From Leptospirales bacterium (GTDB taxonomy: Bacteria; Spirochaetota; Leptospiria; Turneriellales; JAOUFE01), in assembly GCA_040326155.1 (NCBI GenBank), contig JBEQLE010000003.1:32001-96000 (forward strand): a DNA stretch of 64,000 nucleotides, written 5' to 3'. How positions within the stretch are numbered: the stretch's first letter is position 1; every line of letters starts with the position of its first letter. The position numbers and the translations under genes were made by a program. The notes beneath the pieces are model-generated. The model was not told the DNA's origin. It ran no database searches and worked only from the letters and a program-made list of their open reading frames with translations. Below are positions 32,487-43,581 of the stretch, piece by piece.

Positions 32487-34010
32487 TTACTTTGTTATGC
32501 CTTTTTTATATTGATCAACAAAATCAGCTAATACTTTTTTCAATTCAACTTCATCGGGCAGGGTTTTCTTTTCAGTAATAGTCGCTAAAAATTCCGGGAA
32601 AGCACTCTCTATGTATTCCAAAAGTTTAGCTTCAAAATCGGTAATTTCAGATACTGGTATAGTATCGAGAAAGCCTTTTGTTCCTGCATAAATAGATATT
32701 ACCTGTTTTTCAATTGAAAATGGAGCGTATTGGTCTTGTTTTAATAGTTCAACCAAACGCACACCACGATCAATTTGCTTTTGCGTCGCAGCGTCAAGTT
32801 CCGTTCCCAATTGAGAGAAAGCTTCCAGCTCCCTGAACTGGGCAAGGTCTAGTTTCAATGTTCCGGCAACTTTTTTCATTGCCTTAATTTGAGCCGAACC
32901 ACCCACTCGAGATACTGAAATTCCCACATCTACCGCTGGTCGAACACCTGCGGCAAACAAGTTTGGTTGAAGATATATCTGACCATCGGTAATCGAAATT
33001 ACGTTGGTTGGAATATAAGCCGAAACCTCACCAGCCTGAGTTTCAATAATGGGAAGCGCAGTCAATGAACCTGAGCCATATTTTTCACTCATTTTCACGG
33101 CACGCTCTAATAATCGGGAGTGTAAGTAAAATACATCTCCGGGGTATGCTTCACGTCCTGGAGGACGTCGTAATAATAAAGACATTTGTCGATAAGCGTT
33201 AGCATGTTTTGAAAGGTCATCAAAAACACATAAGGTATGTTTTCCATCAGCATACATAAATTCTTCGGCCATCGATGTACCGGCGTATGGAGCAATATAC
33301 TGAAGTGGAGCGGCATCAGAAGCATTCGCTGTGACAATTATTGTATAATCCATAGCGCCGGCTTTTTCAAGTTTTTGTACTACGTTTGCAACGGTCGAAG
33401 CTTTTTGTGCAATGGCAACATACACACAAATTACGCCGTTTCCTTTCTGGTTAATAATAGTATCTAATGCAATTGCCGTTTTACCGGTTCCACGATCGCC
33501 AATAATAAGCTCTCGTTGTCCCCTTCCAATAGGAATCATAGCATCAATTGCTTTAATACCTGTTTGCATCGGCTCATGCACGGGGTGACGTTTGGCGATA
33601 CCGGGAGCAATAATCTCAACCGGACGCGTTTTTTTGGCATTAATCGGCCCTTTTCCGTCGATTGGTTCTCCGAGCGGATTCACAACCCGTCCGATTAACT
33701 CGGGACCGACAGGAACTTCAAGAATTCTCTCTGTTCGTTTAACAGTGTCACCTTCGCGAATATTTAAATAATCGCCCATGATCACAACCCCGACCGAATT
33801 TTCTTCAAGGTTAAAAGCCAAACCAGTAGTGCCGTTCGAAAACTCCACCATCTCATTGGCCATTACACCTTTCAGTCCGAAAACACGGGCTATCCCGTCT
33901 CCGACTTCAAGTACGGACCCGACTTCATCGACGTCGAGCTTTTTACCATACTCTGATATTTCTTTTTTTAGTACTGATACAATTTCATCCGTATTAACTT
34001 TCACGTTCAA
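32487..34010 (-). CDS. atpA: ATP synthase alpha subunit
   Basis: [20 protein letters not shown]. Confidence 0.99.
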   Translation of the reverse strand: MNVKVNTDEIVSVLKKEISEYGKKLDVDEVGSVLEVGDGIARVFGLKGVMANEMVEFSNGTTGLAFNLEENSVGVVIMGDYLNIREGDTVKRTERILEVPVGPELIGRVVNPLGEPIDGKGPINAKKTRPVEIIAPGIAKRHPVHEPMQTGIKAIDAMIPIGRGQRELIIGDRGTGKTAIALDTIINQKGNGVICVYVAIAQKASTVANVVQKLEKAGAMDYTIIVTANASDAAPLQYIAPYAGTSMAEEFMYADGKHTLCVFDDLSKHANAYRQMSLLLRRPPGREAYPGDVFYLHSRLLERAVKMSEKYGSGSLTALPIIETQAGEVSAYIPTNVISITDGQIYLQPNLFAAGVRPAVDVGISVSRVGGSAQIKAMKKVAGTLKLDLAQFRELEAFSQLGTELDAATQKQIDRGVRLVELLKQDQYAPFSIEKQVISIYAGTKGFLDTIPVSEITDFEAKLLEYIESAFPEFLATITEKKTLPDEVELKKVLADFVDQYKKGITK

Positions 34011-34037
34011 CCTCTTGCTGTTGTATAATCTCTGTTA

Positions 34038-34646
34038 TTAGTCCGATAGTGAATTCGCTGTTTTAAGATCGATTCGCGACCCGTGTACTCTCAATTTCCA
34101 TTCCCGAAGGTATGTTTTTACCGAAGAGTCCCACTGGTAATCGCCAACACGTAAAATAACCCCGCCGAGAAGCGATTCGTCAGTTGTTAACCTCGGAATA
34201 AACTCGACAGTCTTACCATCAACAACGCCAAACTGGTCGCCGTGATTCTTAATCAGCTCTTCTACTTTATTTACAATCGCTTTTATATCTTTTTCAGGAA
34301 AATCGCGACTTAAAGTGATCAGGGGACGTACCCTGTTAAAGGCGATATCTACAAGTTCCGTAAAGCCCCGGGAAATATTATCGAGCAATGTTGTGCGTCC
34401 TTTATTAATTAAAACCAGTAATAAGGATAAAACCTCACCATCTATGGCTTTTCTAAAAGCGCTTTCTATTGCCGTTTTTTTCTTTTCCGCCGGAACTTTG
34501 GGCGACTCATAGAACGACTTTAATTCAGGGTTATCAGCAAACAGGGTGACGACCGTCTGCAAAGATTCTTCCATCTTTTTTAAATCGGCCCCTTCAATTT
34601 CTGAAAGCGCCGTTGAGTATCGATATGCCGCACTGTCTGTGTTCAT
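34038..34646 (-). CDS. atpH: ATP synthase delta subunit
   Basis: RYSTAL, DESLLGG..VGD..DSSV; operon position. Confidence 0.93.
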   Translation of the reverse strand: MNTDSAAYRYSTALSEIEGADLKKMEESLQTVVTLFADNPELKSFYESPKVPAEKKKTAIESAFRKAIDGEVLSLLLVLINKGRTTLLDNISRGFTELVDIAFNRVRPLITLSRDFPEKDIKAIVNKVEELIKNHGDQFGVVDGKTVEFIPRLTTDESLLGGVILRVGDYQWDSSVKTYLREWKLRVHGSRIDLKTANSLSD

Positions 34647-34654
34647 AACCCCTC

Positions 34655-35173
34655 TTAATTATCACTTTTTAATCGTTCAAGCTCTTGCATGATGAGTTTT
34701 TTATGCTCAGCATCGTTAACATCTTTTTGTAAAACATTAGACATTAACTGCAAGGAAATTTCCACCGCTAAATCTTGTATTTCTTTAACGGCTTTCAATT
34801 TGGCTTGTTCGATATCATGTGAAGAACGCTCGCGAATTCTAGCCGCTTCGGCCTGGGCCTCTTCGGTTATGGTTGCTCGCGAGACTTCTCCGTCTCTTCT
34901 TCCCTCTTCTAGCAGATCCGCCACTTCTTTCTTGGCGTTGTCCAGCTTAGACTCATAATCTTTCAATAAGTCTTCAGCCTCATTACGAAGTTTTTCACTT
35001 TTATTTAAGTCATCTTCAACTTTCGTATTTCGGGCGTCCAGAGCTGTTACAATTGGTGTCCAGGCAAAACGCCAAAGAACAAGCATCACTAATGAAAAAG
35101 TGACAATTGTCCAGAAAACCAAACCGTATTCTACATGTAGTAGATCGAGAGAACCGCTGCTTAATAATGCCAT
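34655..35173 (-). CDS. atpF: ATP synthase b subunit
   Basis: FWTIVTF..AWTPI..LDAR followed by coiled coil. Confidence 0.95.
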   Translation of the reverse strand: MALLSSGSLDLLHVEYGLVFWTIVTFSLVMLVLWRFAWTPIVTALDARNTKVEDDLNKSEKLRNEAEDLLKDYESKLDNAKKEVADLLEEGRRDGEVSRATITEEAQAEAARIRERSSHDIEQAKLKAVKEIQDLAVEISLQLMSNVLQKDVNDAEHKKLIMQELERLKSDN

Positions 35174-35190
35174 TACTAGTATTTACTTGG

Positions 35191-35430
<240 letters not shown>

Positions 35431-35466
35431 TCAAATTAATTCTTAATAATCTATCGTTATTTCATT

Positions 35467-36441
35467 TTAGTGCCTGTGTTGCACTGATGCTATAAATAAA
35501 GCCGTTAAAAACACAAATATATAGGCTTGTAAAAAGCCCACAAAAATCTCCAGCAGATAAATTGCCACTGAAGCGCCTATGCTTGCCGGAACTACACCCC
35601 AGCTTTGAAATTGAAAAATAAACCCGAGAAACACCAGAATAATCAAATGCCCGGCGGTCATGTTTGCCAAAAGCCGTATGGCCAATGCAAAAGGTTTTGA
35701 TAAAAGGCCAATGATCTCAATAAACCATAAAATAATATTAATAGGAAAAGGAACGCCTTTCGGTACAATATTTTTAATAAATGCAATACCCTGGTGAATA
35801 AAACCTGCGGCCAAAATAAACATGAAACTCATTATGGCAAGAGTTGCCGTTACGGCAATATCACCAGTCGGCGTGGTGCCGGGCCATAATTTCACCAAAA
35901 ACGGTACTTCATCGCCGTGGCCACCTGCGGCATGAGTACTACCAAAAAGTTCAGAAACTTTATAAGCAATTTCACCCAATGGAGGTATTAAACCCAGTAG
36001 ATTACAAAACAAAACAAAGAAAAACAAAGTCAATAAAAACGGCTCGTAAGGCTTGGAAAGTTTGCCCATAGAGCCTCTAGCCACATCAATTCTAATAAAA
36101 TTTACAAAAACTTCGACTATTCCGGTAAATCTGGAAGGTTTACCATAGATATTTTTAGCGATTTTCCTGGCAGCTGGTATAAAGATGGCAAACAAAAAGA
36201 ATGATGCTATCCACATCATCATGACTCGTTTCGTTATGGAGATGTCATGCCCAAACACTTCCCAGTCTAGCTCCCAGATTGTACTGTCTGACAAGTGATG
36301 AGAAATTGTGCCGCTCATATCGAAACCGGCAGGCTCAGGAAATGATTCTATAGCGTGAGCAGACGCTTCTTCTAATACCGGTACTGTGTTTTCACCAGTT
36401 CCGCTCGAAGGAGTAACCAGTTGGGTTAAAAATGATAACAT
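35467..36441 (-). CDS. atpB: ATP synthase a subunit
   Basis: NLLGLIP, AIRLLANMTAGH, LQAYIF. Confidence 0.97.
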   Translation of the reverse strand: MLSFLTQLVTPSSGTGENTVPVLEEASAHAIESFPEPAGFDMSGTISHHLSDSTIWELDWEVFGHDISITKRVMMMWIASFFLFAIFIPAARKIAKNIYGKPSRFTGIVEVFVNFIRIDVARGSMGKLSKPYEPFLLTLFFFVLFCNLLGLIPPLGEIAYKVSELFGSTHAAGGHGDEVPFLVKLWPGTTPTGDIAVTATLAIMSFMFILAAGFIHQGIAFIKNIVPKGVPFPINIILWFIEIIGLLSKPFALAIRLLANMTAGHLIILVFLGFIFQFQSWGVVPASIGASVAIYLLEIFVGFLQAYIFVFLTALFIASVQHRH

Positions 36442-36764
36442 TATTTGGATAACCTCGTTTCAGTAATACCCTTGATTCCCGAAAGGGAAATAAACATATC
36501 AACAACCATTCCGCTTGTAATAGTAATAAAGAGCATCATATATGCAATTGTCCCTTCAGACTTTTCTATACTGTTTTGTTTTATGTATAAATACAATATT
36601 GTACCGCAAATTAAAAAACCCATTATACGAATAGTTGTCCCTAACTGCCACCCTGACCATGGAGACAAGTCGTCCCCCTGCTTACGCATAATAAGGTTAA
36701 TCAATACAGCAAACACTGAAGTTGCGATACCCAGTGCGATTGATATAATATATGACATTTCCAT
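36441..36764 (-). CDS. Small membrane protein leading the atp operon (AtpI-like)
   Basis: Three hydrophobic segments; stop overlaps atpB start. Confidence 0.65.
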   Translation of the reverse strand: MEMSYIISIALGIATSVFAVLINLIMRKQGDDLSPWSGWQLGTTIRIMGFLICGTILYLYIKQNSIEKSEGTIAYMMLFITITSGMVVDMFISLSGIKGITETRLSK

Positions 36765-36957
36765 TTAAATCTCGAAGCAAGCATAGCTGTCTCTATTGAC
36801 ATATGCCTTTCGGATAGAAAAAAATTCTTTGGTACAATGCCAACCACTTTTATAGTTTTGAATGTCAAACCAAGCTGAAATTTTCATAAAAGTTGCCAGA
36901 TTTTATAAAAACTGGCTCAAATTAAAATTTGCATCCGAAAAAACCCGTTTGCTTTCG

Positions 36958-37039
36958 CGGTCAAATACCGCAGTGCGAACACCGATCGTTTATACCTTAA
37001 CGCTACGTAAACACTCTGCTGTTCGCTGGCCATACTCTT
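36958..37039. repeat. Diverged intergenic element, copy A
   Basis: About 54/84 aligned positions with 47831-47912 (manual, 3 gaps); GCGAACA/TGTTCGC stem. Confidence 0.45.
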
Positions 37040-37157
37040 ATTCTTTTTAGGAAGGGGGAAAGGCGGTTTTTGAAACCACTTGACCAATGGAGTGACATGA
37101 TTCAAATACCCGAATTGTGATCGTAATTATATTCTTTAAACCGCAAGGTGGTAATAT

Positions 37158-38771
37158 ATGAGTCTGGAACGAAAGACAATTTATCTATCGACTTTTTTGT
37201 ATCTATTTTCAATTGCCACGATTGTAAACCAAACCGCACCGGGAAATTCCAAATCTGAGACTAGAGTAATTTTCGAAACGGAAAATCAGCACAACTATTG
37301 TAAAAGCCCGTATAATTCCGATTTCATTATCTCCCGCAACGGAAATTCCTGGCAAGATCAAAAGAGTGGATCTTCGATGGCGTCGAAAGAGGATTATAAA
37401 CTTTTACTCAAGTATGCCGACGAAGGAGAAGTAAAAGAACTCAAAGCCCTGATAAACAAGTCTGGCGTAGATCTCAACCACACTGACAGATCTGGAGATA
37501 CTGCCTTGCATCTGGCTGCCTCGCGTGGTCACCTGGAAGTGGTTCAACTGTTGGTTGCCTCCGGCGCCAATGTCAATGTGCAAAACCTTCATAGAAAATC
37601 TTCCCCGCTGCACAATGCAGCATACAACGGCCATCTTGGTATTGTAGAGTACTTGCTGAAAAACAACGCTGAAGTCGATATTGCGGATAATTCTGGTCAA
37701 ACCCCTTTATCTTTTGCCGCACGCCAGGGTAAGCTCAATGTATTTAAAGAGCTGCTGCGCCACGGCGCCGACATAAACACCCGAAATAGTTATGAGATGG
37801 GAGTACTGCATTGGGCAGTATATTCAAAATCGGCAGAACTTGTGGAATATATTTTAAGCTATAAAAAATCCGGCGGCAAGGACTATGAAATTGACGTCAA
37901 TGCAAAAAACAGGACGCTGGAGACACCGCTTCATATTGCAGCCAAAAAGGGATTATTGACCATTGCAAAACTGCTTCTTAAATATGGGGCCGACCCGACC
38001 CTCGAAAATTCGAGCTGGGATACACCATACAATCTTGCGAAATATTCCCATCCGGAGACGGCGAAAATTGTAGATCCTCTCCATTTTCAATACACGGATG
38101 CGCAGTTAAAAGCATTTAAAAAGATTCATAACTATAAAGTTTTACTGATTGCCGGTGATTCAAGCATCGATGCCTTTGACAATGCCAGGGAAAAAATACA
38201 AAGGATTTTGATCCGGCATGGCGTAAAAACACAAAACATTAAACAATTAACTCGAAAAAAGAATAAAACCAACTCCCGGGTTTTACTCGCAACAAATTCC
38301 AATATCGAAAAATCTTTTAAAGAGTTAAACATAGGCAGAAATGACATCTGTTTTATATTTATGACAAGCCATGGAAATGACACCGGGTTTATGCTGGGCG
38401 ACCTCAATATGATCACTCCTTCGCAAATGGATACCTGGATAAACAGCTACTGTAAAAGCCAACCGACGATATTGATTGTTTCGGCATGTTACTCCGGTAT
38501 TTTTCTAAAACCCGGTATGCGCCGGGCGAATAGAGTTATTTTAACGGCCTCCCGTGATGATAAAACTTCCTTTGGTTGTGGCGCGGAAGAAGAGTACACT
38601 TACTATGACACCTGCTTGATCGACAGTCTGGGTAGCAGTAAAAACTGGAAAGAGGTGGCGAATTCAAATAAAGCCTGTATAGATCGAAAAGAGAAGAACA
38701 TGAGCGAATTTTCTTATCCGCAGTCTTATTTTGGAGTGAAAACAGGTTACATTTCCTGGTTCCAGGAATAG
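37158..38771 (+). CDS. Exported ankyrin-repeat protein fused to a clan CD (C13-like) cysteine peptidase
   Basis: About six ankyrin repeats (TALH/SPLH/TPLS/TPLH); FIFMTSHG and IVSACYSG dyad motifs, LTASRDDKTSFGC. Confidence 0.88.
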   Translation: MSLERKTIYLSTFLYLFSIATIVNQTAPGNSKSETRVIFETENQHNYCKSPYNSDFIISRNGNSWQDQKSGSSMASKEDYKLLLKYADEGEVKELKALINKSGVDLNHTDRSGDTALHLAASRGHLEVVQLLVASGANVNVQNLHRKSSPLHNAAYNGHLGIVEYLLKNNAEVDIADNSGQTPLSFAARQGKLNVFKELLRHGADINTRNSYEMGVLHWAVYSKSAELVEYILSYKKSGGKDYEIDVNAKNRTLETPLHIAAKKGLLTIAKLLLKYGADPTLENSSWDTPYNLAKYSHPETAKIVDPLHFQYTDAQLKAFKKIHNYKVLLIAGDSSIDAFDNAREKIQRILIRHGVKTQNIKQLTRKKNKTNSRVLLATNSNIEKSFKELNIGRNDICFIFMTSHGNDTGFMLGDLNMITPSQMDTWINSYCKSQPTILIVSACYSGIFLKPGMRRANRVILTASRDDKTSFGCGAEEEYTYYDTCLIDSLGSSKNWKEVANSNKACIDRKEKNMSEFSYPQSYFGVKTGYISWFQE

Positions 38772-38788
38772 TAGGTCGTAAATGACTC

Positions 38789-39634
38789 TTATAAATCCTG
38801 TCTGTTTTTTACTATTTTGTCAATAGCATACAAAGACTTTACAAATGGAACAAGGTCAGCGAGCGGCAGTTGCGTAGTTGAATCTGATAAAGCTTTTTCA
38901 GGGTTGGAATGAATTTCCATAAATACTCCATCGACGCCGACAGCCGCAGCGGCGCGACCGATTGGAAAGGCCATTGCACGGTCTCCCCCGGTCTGTGTTC
39001 CCCCGCCGGGAAGTTGAGTCGAATGTGTAATATCGATTACGACGGGAACACCTTCTCTACGAATCATTTCGATGGCGCGCATATCAACGACAAGATTATT
39101 ATAACCAAAAGTATAACCGCGTTCACAGATAGTTATTTTATCAGAACCCGATTGACGAAATTTATCAACGATCATTAATGCGTCTTTAGGCGCCATAAAT
39201 TGGCCTTTTTTAACATTCACCCACCTACCTGTTTTTGCTGCGGCAACAATTAGATCGGTCTGGCGCGATAAAAAAGCGGGTATCTGAATCATGTCAATTA
39301 CTTCTGCTGCCTGCTCCGCCTCTTCCGGAGAGTGAACATCGGTAACAAGGGGAAAACCATACCGCTCTTTTATATTCTGCAGCATCTTAAGCCCTTTCTC
39401 AATTCCAGGGCCACGGTAAGAGGTGATACTGCTACGGTTTGCTTTATCGTAAGAAGATTTAAAAAATATTCCTACCGGAACTTCTTTTTCAAGTTCTTTT
39501 AAAGTTGCGGCAGCCTTATCTAATTCTTCTTCATTTTCTATAGCACAAGGTCCGGCAATTAAAAAAAATGGGTTCGAACCGCCAATTTTAATATCTCCAG
39601 GAAGAGTTTTTTCGGGAACAACTGGTATTATCAT
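38789..39634 (-). CDS. kdsA: KDO 8-phosphate synthase
   Basis: AGPC, DKANRSS, PAFLSRQT, KKGQF; start 39634 overlaps upstream stop (ATGA). Confidence 0.97.
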   Translation of the reverse strand: MIIPVVPEKTLPGDIKIGGSNPFFLIAGPCAIENEEELDKAAATLKELEKEVPVGIFFKSSYDKANRSSITSYRGPGIEKGLKMLQNIKERYGFPLVTDVHSPEEAEQAAEVIDMIQIPAFLSRQTDLIVAAAKTGRWVNVKKGQFMAPKDALMIVDKFRQSGSDKITICERGYTFGYNNLVVDMRAIEMIRREGVPVVIDITHSTQLPGGGTQTGGDRAMAFPIGRAAAAVGVDGVFMEIHSNPEKALSDSTTQLPLADLVPFVKSLYAIDKIVKNRQDL

Positions 39635-40005
39635 TTTAATTTCCTTTTTAAGCCCGACCCGGATATGTGCGTAACCAAAGCGCAATGTCCGGGTTCGGTA
39701 TGTAGTTTACGAATAATGGATGTTCTATATTTTTGCTCAGCGGCTTTCGGATATAATTCCAATAATCGTGTTTTAATATTCTGTTCTGCAATTTTACAAG
39801 CTTGTTCCGTTTGCACCGTATATGGTACATCGCTATTTTCCGGTTCCCCGGTAACTACCAACTGTAATGTATCATTGTTTATCCAGTAATTGTCAGATAT
39901 AATAGAAGCTCCAGAATTATTTCGGGAAGGACCCAGGCTTTCACAACCTGTAAACAGCAAAACTGAAACAAATATTAATACTAATTTTAATTTATAGTTG
40001 CTCAC
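39631..40005 (-). CDS. Small lipoprotein
   Basis: GTG start overlapping hemH stop; lipobox FTGC; two further Cys. Confidence 0.7.
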   Translation of the reverse strand: MSNYKLKLVLIFVSVLLFTGCESLGPSRNNSGASIISDNYWINNDTLQLVVTGEPENSDVPYTVQTEQACKIAEQNIKTRLLELYPKAAEQKYRTSIIRKLHTEPGHCALVTHISGSGLKRKLK

Positions 40006-41024
40006 AAAACCTCTCCAGCCCATTGCGATATTGCATTCACCCACGGAGTTGTACTATTTAAACAAGGAACAAAAGTATACTTTTTTCCCCCTGCGTTTAA
40101 AAAATAATCTTTGCCTCGAATTTGCAACTCTTCGAGTGTTTCCAAATTGTCCGTAACAAAACCGGGCGCAATAACCACCAGCGACTTCACCCCTTTTTTG
40201 GGAATCTGTGTTAATACGCTTTCCGTAGACGGGCCAATCCACTCACCACGCATGGCAGACTGGTACGAGATGCTGTATTGACCTTCTTTCAATTTTAGCT
40301 TTTCGGCCAGTTTTAACGTTGTACGATAAGTCTGAGCTTTATAACAGTAAACAAAAGCTTCAGATTCTATATGGCAACAATTTTCCTTCTGCAAACAATG
40401 ATTTTTTGTCGGGTCTGTTTTAACAAGATGACGATTAGGCAGGCTATGATATGTAAATAGAATATGGTCGAATTTCTTTGTAACAAAAGGTTTCGCATTT
40501 GCAATTATTGCATTCAAATATTGAGCATTCTCAAAATAAGGTTCTTTAATATCGACCGACAAATTACTAAATTTTTGACAGACACTTTTGAACTCTTCTA
40601 CAACCGACTCATAAGTAGACATAGCATAATGGGGAAACATAGGCACGGCAAAAACCTGGCGAATGCCTTGTGAATACAATTCTTTTACGGTTTGGCTTAT
40701 CGAAGGGTTTCCATAACGCATTGCCATAGCCGTTTGAAATTTGGTTTTTTTTTCAACCAAAGAAGCCAACTTTTGTGTTTCGCTTTTCAACGGAGACCCT
40801 GAGTTGGTCCAGATTTTTTTATAAAAGGCAGCTGACTTTTTCGCTCGAAACGGAACAATAATAACCCGCACTAATAAACTTCGAAAAACCCAGGGAATAT
40901 CAATAACCCTTTTGTCCATTAAAAATTGACGTAAATAAGAAGCTACATCGCCAGTGTTAATAGAATTCGGCGACCCGGTATTTATAAGTAATATTGCTTT
41001 CTCTTCGTTTTTCAAAGACCTCAT
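40002..41024 (-). CDS. hemH: Ferrochelatase
   Basis: NTGSP, GSPL, MRYGNP, HSLP, DNLETLEEL; ATGA overlap with pdxH. Confidence 0.96.
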   Translation of the reverse strand: MRSLKNEEKAILLINTGSPNSINTGDVASYLRQFLMDKRVIDIPWVFRSLLVRVIIVPFRAKKSAAFYKKIWTNSGSPLKSETQKLASLVEKKTKFQTAMAMRYGNPSISQTVKELYSQGIRQVFAVPMFPHYAMSTYESVVEEFKSVCQKFSNLSVDIKEPYFENAQYLNAIIANAKPFVTKKFDHILFTYHSLPNRHLVKTDPTKNHCLQKENCCHIESEAFVYCYKAQTYRTTLKLAEKLKLKEGQYSISYQSAMRGEWIGPSTESVLTQIPKKGVKSLVVIAPGFVTDNLETLEELQIRGKDYFLNAGGKKYTFVPCLNSTTPWVNAISQWAGEVL

Positions 41025-41668
41025 GGGTATAGTCTCCGAATTGCCCATGAGCCATTCTGCGGTTCATAAACCAGACGGTCATGCAAACGGTTCGGTCTAC
41101 CCTGCCAAAATTCAAAATATTCGGGTTGTAAAATAAAACCACCCCAAAAATCCGGTAGTGGAATATCTTTACCTTTATATTCTTTGTCCAGTTCCTGGTA
41201 TTTATTTTCTAAAATCTCACGATTTAAAAGTGTCTGACTTTGTTTTGATGAATACGCCCCAATTTGAGACTCCCTTGGACGAGTTTCAAAATATTCAGCG
41301 GATTCTTCGCGACTGACTTTTTTAACCGGGCCCATTATTTTTACCTGGCGTTCCATTTCACCCCAGTAAAATAACATGGACGCATAAGGATTTTCTTCAA
41401 GTTCTTTTGCTTTTTTGCTGGAATAATTGGTAAAAAAAATAAAGCCTTGGTCGGTAAAGGTTTTTAACAATACTACTCGTGCATTTGGCTTTCCACCTGA
41501 TACCGTAGACAGAGTTAAGGCGTTACCATCGACCACTTTCGCATCAATAGCCTGATTAAACCAGGACTCAAACTGTTTAACAGGATCGGCATTTAATTCA
41601 CTTTCAAGAAGCCCGTTCTTTAAATAATCTCGTCTGATATTTTGAAAATATTGTCTATCGCCATGCAT
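41021..41668 (-). CDS. pdxH: Pyridoxamine 5'-phosphate oxidase
   Basis: RVVLLK, FTNYSSKK, EFWQGRPNRLHDR. Confidence 0.97.
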   Translation of the reverse strand: MHGDRQYFQNIRRDYLKNGLLESELNADPVKQFESWFNQAIDAKVVDGNALTLSTVSGGKPNARVVLLKTFTDQGFIFFTNYSSKKAKELEENPYASMLFYWGEMERQVKIMGPVKKVSREESAEYFETRPRESQIGAYSSKQSQTLLNREILENKYQELDKEYKGKDIPLPDFWGGFILQPEYFEFWQGRPNRLHDRLVYEPQNGSWAIRRLYP

Positions 41669-41722
41669 ATTGTCACAGGAAAATAATATTCTATTGCAAT
41701 GTAAACCAGATTATATAAAGAG

Positions 41723-42706
41723 TTGTCGTCTTATAGTTTTATATCATTCTGGGTTGTGTTGCAGCCCACCAGCCAGACAAATACGGAAACGACAAAACTT
41801 AATATAAAAGCTGCTATATTTTCAACTCTTGTCTCCTCTGTACTATTTTCAATTAAAATAACTACCGGGCTTGTTACCGGGTCCATCGCGATACTGGCCT
41901 CAGCACTTGATTCCGCGTTTGACTTTTTAAGCTCTTCGGTGAACTTTTACGCTATAAAACATGCGGCGAAGCCGGCAGACGCTCAACACCGTTTCGGTCA
42001 CGGAAAAGCCGAAGCGCTGGCTGGTTTTGTCCAAAGTATAATCATTTTCGGCTCCGCAGGTTATTTAATCTACGAAAGTTTTCAGAGGTTTTTTACAAAC
42101 AACGAAGTGTCCAAAGTTCTGGAGGGAATTATAGTAATGGCAATCAGCATTGCTTTAACCGTTGCCTTAGTCTCTTACCAGTCCTACGTCCATAAAAAAA
42201 GTAAATCTATTGCCATAGCAGCCGACCGATTGCATTACATTACGGATATTCTAGCGAATGCAGTTGTCATTGTCGCCTTGCTGGCGAGTAAACTTTTTAA
42301 TTGGCAATGGGTAGACCCAGCCGGCGCTATGATTATAGCAATTTACATTATTAAATCGAGCATTGTAATTTTTCGCCAGAGTTTTGACATACTTATGGAT
42401 AAGGATATTTCAGATAGGTATCGAGACGATCTGAAGTCGGCAATGAAAAAAGTATCAGCAGAGATTCTTGGTTACCATGACTTGCGAAGCCGTTCTGCCG
42501 GGGGTGTGGACTTTATGGAGTTCCACATGGAAGTTCCGAAAGATATGACGGTAAAACAAAGCCACGATGTAGTAGAACGAACCATGATAGAGTTACAAAG
42601 TATGCATCCTAACCTGGAATTAATTATACATACAGACCCTGCGGAACTAGACAAAAACGATGGTAAAGTAAAAATTTTCGACAGGGATAAACCCAGGTTT
42701 TATTGA
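41723..42706 (+). CDS. Cation diffusion facilitator transporter (FieF-like)
   Basis: ASALDS..D, HRFGHGKAE, DRLHY..D, IHTDP; start uncertain. Confidence 0.93.
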   Translation: MSSYSFISFWVVLQPTSQTNTETTKLNIKAAIFSTLVSSVLFSIKITTGLVTGSIAILASALDSAFDFLSSSVNFYAIKHAAKPADAQHRFGHGKAEALAGFVQSIIIFGSAGYLIYESFQRFFTNNEVSKVLEGIIVMAISIALTVALVSYQSYVHKKSKSIAIAADRLHYITDILANAVVIVALLASKLFNWQWVDPAGAMIIAIYIIKSSIVIFRQSFDILMDKDISDRYRDDLKSAMKKVSAEILGYHDLRSRSAGGVDFMEFHMEVPKDMTVKQSHDVVERTMIELQSMHPNLELIIHTDPAELDKNDGKVKIFDRDKPRFY

Positions 42707-43581
42707 AAAGCCAATCTAACCAACGAAGTTAAAACCGGAAAAAATAAAATTCCATCCAATAATAAAATATAAGAAAGTTCAGACTTGAATCGAAAGTCTG
42801 ACAGTGCCGAATATGTAATTATGACCACCAGGCATATTAGAGAGAGGACTTCACCGACAAGCAATATGGGGTCGCCAATGAAACTATACCATTGCCATAA
42901 AAAATAAGCACCAACGACTGCAAACCCCGCCATGTAAATATAAATTCGACGCATACCTGCCCATACAGTAAAATTAAGTTTACCGGACTCAATATCGCCT
43001 GGAACATCTTTCAAATCAAACAGTATAGCGTTAGATACATATATAAGAAAGCGAAAACCCGATAAATAGTAGATCGATTCGGGAAGTTCAAATTCCGGCT
43101 CTAAACTAAACGGTAAAATAAGAACTACGCAACCCCAGACCGTACCGATTAGCAAGGGTTTTAAAATAGCTAAATATCTTATATTCGATTCTCTTTTCGA
43201 ACTTGAAAATATAATAATGTAAAATATAGATAATATAAATAGAAAAAAGTTGATAGCAATAAAAACAGGTGTATAAAAAAGAACTGGAAATAGTAATACG
43301 GGAATAGTAATAACCATAGAGATTATGATGAAACGACGGTTTTCAGAAAAAAATCGGGTTCGCTCTGGTTGGTTGCGAAAGTCAATTTTTACCGATAAAA
43401 TACGATCCAGGTTATATACGAATAAAGTTGAAAAAAATACAAAGAAGTAAAAAGGTGTCGGCAAAACCAGTTTATAATATCTGGAAGTTGTAAAAGCAAG
43501 GCCTGAAGCTAATAAGCCTAAGTATATAGGCGTATGGGCCAGAAAAGCAGCCCATACTTTTAACAGTTTATTCAAGTTCAA
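42700..43581 (-). CDS. UbiA prenyltransferase-like membrane protein
   Basis: YNLDR..D..NQPER and FDLKDVPGD Asp-rich motifs, multiple TMs. Confidence 0.85.
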   Translation of the reverse strand: MNLNKLLKVWAAFLAHTPIYLGLLASGLAFTTSRYYKLVLPTPFYFFVFFSTLFVYNLDRILSVKIDFRNQPERTRFFSENRRFIIISMVITIPVLLFPVLFYTPVFIAINFFLFILSIFYIIIFSSSKRESNIRYLAILKPLLIGTVWGCVVLILPFSLEPEFELPESIYYLSGFRFLIYVSNAILFDLKDVPGDIESGKLNFTVWAGMRRIYIYMAGFAVVGAYFLWQWYSFIGDPILLVGEVLSLICLVVIITYSALSDFRFKSELSYILLLDGILFFPVLTSLVRLAFQ

